Positions 60,253 through 64,000 of a stretch of DNA of 64,000 nucleotides are shown here, in pieces. Position 1 is the stretch's first letter. Each line of letters starts with the position of its first letter. The notes under the pieces were generated by a model that made no database searches, had not been told where the DNA came from, and worked only from the letters and a program-made list of their open reading frames with translations. The translations under genes and the position numbers were made by a program. The DNA comes from an uncultured Verrucomicrobiae bacterium (GTDB lineage Bacteria; Verrucomicrobiota; Verrucomicrobiia; Limisphaerales; Palsa-1400). Location of the stretch: assembly GCA_963707025.1 (NCBI GenBank), contig CAVPOM010000006.1, positions 256,001-320,000 of the forward strand, read 5' to 3'.

Positions 60253-63200
60253 ATGAAAACTGACTTGAAGAGATTCTCCCTGGGGTTGTGTGTCCTGGCG
60301 GCCTGGGCCGGCTTTAACCGCGTCTGCTCCGCACAGGTCGCCGTGACCATCACCCCCAATGCGGTCAGCAACACCTACCCCGGGAAGATCACGCTGCAAG
60401 TGACCGGATTGAACCCGGGGGAAAGCGTGCTGGTGCAGAAGTATTTGGACGCCAACACCAATGGCATCGTGGATGCCGGGGATTTTGTGGTGCAACAGTA
60501 CAGCTTGACGGACGGGCAGGCGGCGGTTTTCAGCGGGGTGACCAATTCGGGCGTTCCCGGCGACACGGACACGAACGCGGGCCAGATCACCGCGATATTG
60601 TATTTTCAAAATGGCGACTTCGGGCAAACTATTGTCGGGCAATATCTGTATGTGGTTTACAGCGCGACCGGCCGGTTCGCGCCCATCACCAACCAGTTCA
60701 CCGTCACCAACGCAGCCTATGCCCAGTCATTCAGCGGCAGCGTGGTCAACAGCGGCACCAATATGCCCAATGCCGTCATTTTGGTGCTGGCCGCCACAGG
60801 CAAGGGGGGTCCGGTGGCCGAGGCGGTGGCCGGCAATTCGGGCAATTATGCGGTGGCGGTGCCGCCCGGAACCTACTCGCTGGTTGCTGTCAAAAGCAAT
60901 TTTGTCGCGGATGCCACGCTCGCGGGCAACCTGGTTTTGGGCAGCGGGGCGAACATCAACACCAATTTGAGTCTCTTCGGCGCCACCCAAACCATTTCCG
61001 GCAGAATTGTGGACGCGAATAATTCCAGCATCGGATTGCCGGCAATTACCATGCCCATGCAAACGCCGGGGGGCCTGCTGGCCATTGCCTTCACGGACAC
61101 CAACGGCAATTTCAACGCGGGGGTCAATCCCGGCCACTGGAAGGTGGAAGGCGACCCCGGCGGGTTGGTCATCCACGGTTATCTTTCCTTGCAAAATAAA
61201 TTGCAGGTGGACACCACGGCCGGCAGCGTCTCCGGCGTTTCCATCGCCCTGCCCAAAGGGACGGCCATGTTTTATGGCACCGTCCAGGACAATCTCAGTA
61301 ATCCCCTGGAAGGTGTTTCTCTCTTTTCGCAAGACAACACCAATCAATACGAAGCGGATGTCGTCACCACGGACAGTGGAAAATACTGGGCGGTGGCGCT
61401 GGGCGGCACCAGCGGCGACTCCTGGAACGTGGAAATTAGCAGCGACAGCAACACCGGCTTCAGCAATTATCTCTTTACCTTCCCCATGCTGGGTGAAAAC
61501 GGCGGGACCAACATCGGCGTGGGGCAGGCGGTGGAGGTGGATTTCACGGCGGTCCTCGCCACCAATCAAATCTACGGCTTCCTCCACGACAGCGGCGGCA
61601 ATCCCATCCCCAACGTCCAGGTCAGCGCCTCGGCCACCATCAGCGGCCAGAATTTCCAGCCGCAGGCCATTACCGATGGCAGCGGCTATTATTCGTTGAA
61701 CGTGGCCAACGGCAATTGGAGCGTCACCGTCTTTTGCGGGAGCGGCGACAACAGCCTGGACAACGCGCTGGGCGCGGGCAATTATCAATGCCCGGAACCC
61801 CAAAACACCAATATTGTCAATACTAATGCCGTGATTAACATCACGGTCCTTCCGCCTTACACCGGCCCCTATCAAATCAGCGGCGTCGTCACCGATCGTG
61901 GCGGCACTCCGGTGGTGGGGGTGCAGGTTTATGCCAGTGATGGCGTGGGCGACAACCTCACCACCATGACCGACGGCGGCGGGCACTACTCCTTCAACGT
62001 GGGCAACGGGAGCTGGAACCTGGACCTGGACTGCAGCGGCTTGAACTCGCAGGGCTATGGCTGTGCCAGCGGCCTGCAGACCAATGTTTCGGGGGCCAGT
62101 GTGGTGGTCAATTTCACGGTCGTTCCCACCTACTCCGGAGGCCCCTATCAAATCAGCGGGGTCGTCACCAATAATGGCGGCACTCCGGTGGTCGGGGTGC
62201 ATGTCTATGCCAGTGATGGCGTGGGCGACAACCTCAGCACCGCGACCGACACCGGCGGGCACTACTCCTTCAGCGTCGGCAACGCGAACTGGAATGTGAA
62301 CGTGGATTGCAGCGACTTGAACTCGCAGGGCTATGCCTGTCCCGGCGGGCAGCAGACGAATGTGTCGGGAGCCAGTGTGGTGGTGAATTTCACGGTTCGT
62401 CCCACCTACTCGGGAGGCCCCTATCAAATCAGCGGGGTCGTCACCAATAATGGCGGCAGTCCGGTGACGGCGGTGCATGTTTATGCCAGTGATGGCGTGG
62501 GGGACAACCTCAACACCACGACCGACAGCGGCGGGCACTACTCCTTCAGCGTCGGCAACGCGAACTGGAATGTGAACGTGGATTGCAGCGACTTGAACTC
62601 GCAGGGCTATGCCTGTCCCGGCGGGCAGCCGGCGAATGTGTCGGGGGCCAGTGTCGTTGTGAATTTTAGCGTGCAGCCGTGCGGTTCGCTGACCATCCAG
62701 ACGACGAGCCTGCCCGACACGATCGTAGGCGCCAGTTATAACGCCCAACTCAATAATTCCGGCTGTGACGCGCCTTTCACCTGGTCGCTGACGCTGGGTT
62801 CCCTGGCTTTGCCGCCAGGCTTCAGCCTTTCCTCCAATGGCGTTATTTCCGGAATGGTCACCAGCGCGGACATCGGGACAAATTATTTCTCCGTGCATGT
62901 GACGGACGGCCTGGCAAACGCGGCGGACCAATTATTGTCGCTGACGGTCTATCCGCCCCTGCAAATTTCCTACAACGGTTCGAGCAATGGGACGGTGGGA
63001 GTGTTTTACAGCGGGCAACTCCTGGTGTCGGGAGGCGACCCGTTCACGACGGGCTTCCCTTACAACGCCACCCTGGTCAGCGGTTCCTATCCGCCGGGCT
63101 TGAACCCTTCCTTTGGAACGATCACCACTTCCAACGCGGCTTTTGTCCTTTCCGGCACGCCCACGCTGAGCGGCACCTTCCCGTTTGTCGGGGTGGTGAG

Positions 63201-63738
63201 CGACGCCGAGGGCCATCAAGTGACCAACATTTATTCGATCACGATTGCCTCCGGGGCCGCGTTGCAGATCACGACCACCACGCTGAGCAATGCGCAGGCC
63301 GGGCTTTTTTATACCAACCAGCTTCAAGCCAGCGGCGGCACCCCGCCTTACACCTGGACGGTGGCGCTGGGTTCCCAGCCGGTGCCCACCGGTTTGAGCC
63401 TGGCGCCCAGCGGCGCGCTCTCGGGGGTGCCGTCCAACGGCGGCACGGGCAATTTCATCGTGCGCGTGACCGATCACGTTTCGGGCACGCTGACCCGTGG
63501 CTTGCAACTCATCATCAATCCCAAACCCTCTCTGGCCTCCCCATTCTGGCAGGCCAGCCAATTTCAAATGCGGCTGAGCGGGGCGGCCGGGCAGAATTAC
63601 ACCGTGCAAATGTCCACCAATTTGAGCAACTGGACTTCGTTGTTCGTCACCAACAACGGGCTGACTAATTCCTTTCTCGTGACCGACCCCAACGCGACCA
63701 ACAAACAACGCTCCTACCGTGTTTTAGTCGGGCCATGA
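60253..63738 (+). CDS. Large secreted beta-sandwich repeat protein (carboxypeptidase-regulatory-like and putative Ig domains)
   Basis: Signal peptide; three 92-aa repeats; GGTPPYTW-type Ig domains; C-terminal YTVQMSTNLSNW...YRV. Confidence 0.88.
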   Translation: MKTDLKRFSLGLCVLAAWAGFNRVCSAQVAVTITPNAVSNTYPGKITLQVTGLNPGESVLVQKYLDANTNGIVDAGDFVVQQYSLTDGQAAVFSGVTNSGVPGDTDTNAGQITAILYFQNGDFGQTIVGQYLYVVYSATGRFAPITNQFTVTNAAYAQSFSGSVVNSGTNMPNAVILVLAATGKGGPVAEAVAGNSGNYAVAVPPGTYSLVAVKSNFVADATLAGNLVLGSGANINTNLSLFGATQTISGRIVDANNSSIGLPAITMPMQTPGGLLAIAFTDTNGNFNAGVNPGHWKVEGDPGGLVIHGYLSLQNKLQVDTTAGSVSGVSIALPKGTAMFYGTVQDNLSNPLEGVSLFSQDNTNQYEADVVTTDSGKYWAVALGGTSGDSWNVEISSDSNTGFSNYLFTFPMLGENGGTNIGVGQAVEVDFTAVLATNQIYGFLHDSGGNPIPNVQVSASATISGQNFQPQAITDGSGYYSLNVANGNWSVTVFCGSGDNSLDNALGAGNYQCPEPQNTNIVNTNAVINITVLPPYTGPYQISGVVTDRGGTPVVGVQVYASDGVGDNLTTMTDGGGHYSFNVGNGSWNLDLDCSGLNSQGYGCASGLQTNVSGASVVVNFTVVPTYSGGPYQISGVVTNNGGTPVVGVHVYASDGVGDNLSTATDTGGHYSFSVGNANWNVNVDCSDLNSQGYACPGGQQTNVSGASVVVNFTVRPTYSGGPYQISGVVTNNGGSPVTAVHVYASDGVGDNLNTTTDSGGHYSFSVGNANWNVNVDCSDLNSQGYACPGGQPANVSGASVVVNFSVQPCGSLTIQTTSLPDTIVGASYNAQLNNSGCDAPFTWSLTLGSLALPPGFSLSSNGVISGMVTSADIGTNYFSVHVTDGLANAADQLLSLTVYPPLQISYNGSSNGTVGVFYSGQLLVSGGDPFTTGFPYNATLVSGSYPPGLNPSFGTITTSNAAFVLSGTPTLSGTFPFVGVVSDAEGHQVTNIYSITIASGAALQITTTTLSNAQAGLFYTNQLQASGGTPPYTWTVALGSQPVPTGLSLAPSGALSGVPSNGGTGNFIVRVTDHVSGTLTRGLQLIINPKPSLASPFWQASQFQMRLSGAAGQNYTVQMSTNLSNWTSLFVTNNGLTNSFLVTDPNATNKQRSYRVLVGP
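61864..62680 (+). repeat. Three tandem 276-bp intragenic repeats
   Basis: ggcccctatcaaatcagcgg starts at 61864, 62140 and 62416. Confidence 0.9.
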
Positions 63739-64000
63739 CGGCCGGGCCATGGGCGCGGGGTCCGGCCAGCGGGTCGGCATCGGCGCGCCGCACCGGCACT
63801 GCCGCCCCATCGTTGCGGCTGGCGCCGGCGCCTCAGCCGGAAAGATGCAATTGAACCACGGATGAACACAGATAATCACGGATAAGGCAAGGCGATGACG
63901 GGCTTTTTCCTGGGGCTGGACAGAGCTGCCAAATCGTGAGCGAAAGGAGCACGGAGAAATCTCCTTTTCTGCGCCGTAGGATCCGTGTCCATCCGTGTTC

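Overview
High-GC chromosomal segment that looks like Verrucomicrobiota (Pedosphaera/Limisphaera-like; inferred from gene families and repeats, not from a marker gene). Scattered single-base frameshifts suggest uncorrected long-read consensus. Housekeeping content: SNF2 helicase end, GH42 beta-galactosidase, DciA, RNase R, MoxR-DUF58-BatA operon, RluA, HPF, ParA, gcvTH, a SAM-I-riboswitch thrC-like/MoaD/NIL operon, pntAA/AB/B, nth, lipoate ligase and moeB. Accessory content: (1) a five-cassette integron whose integrase is cut by a REP-carrying MITE that is itself hit by a two-gene IS4 element; (2) three toxin-antitoxin modules; (3) a complete group II intron whose EBS1 region (GTTTGACCGG) is the exact reverse complement of a 10-bp motif (CCGGTCAAAC) repeated in its host gene; (4) a four-helix-bundle gene bracketed by 13 + 13 inverted 9-bp-period repeat units; (5) three secreted proteins sharing a C-terminal YxVxxSxNLxxW...FYR-type domain. 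No tRNA, rRNA or CRISPR array was seen. All family names come from motif recognition by eye, not from database searches.
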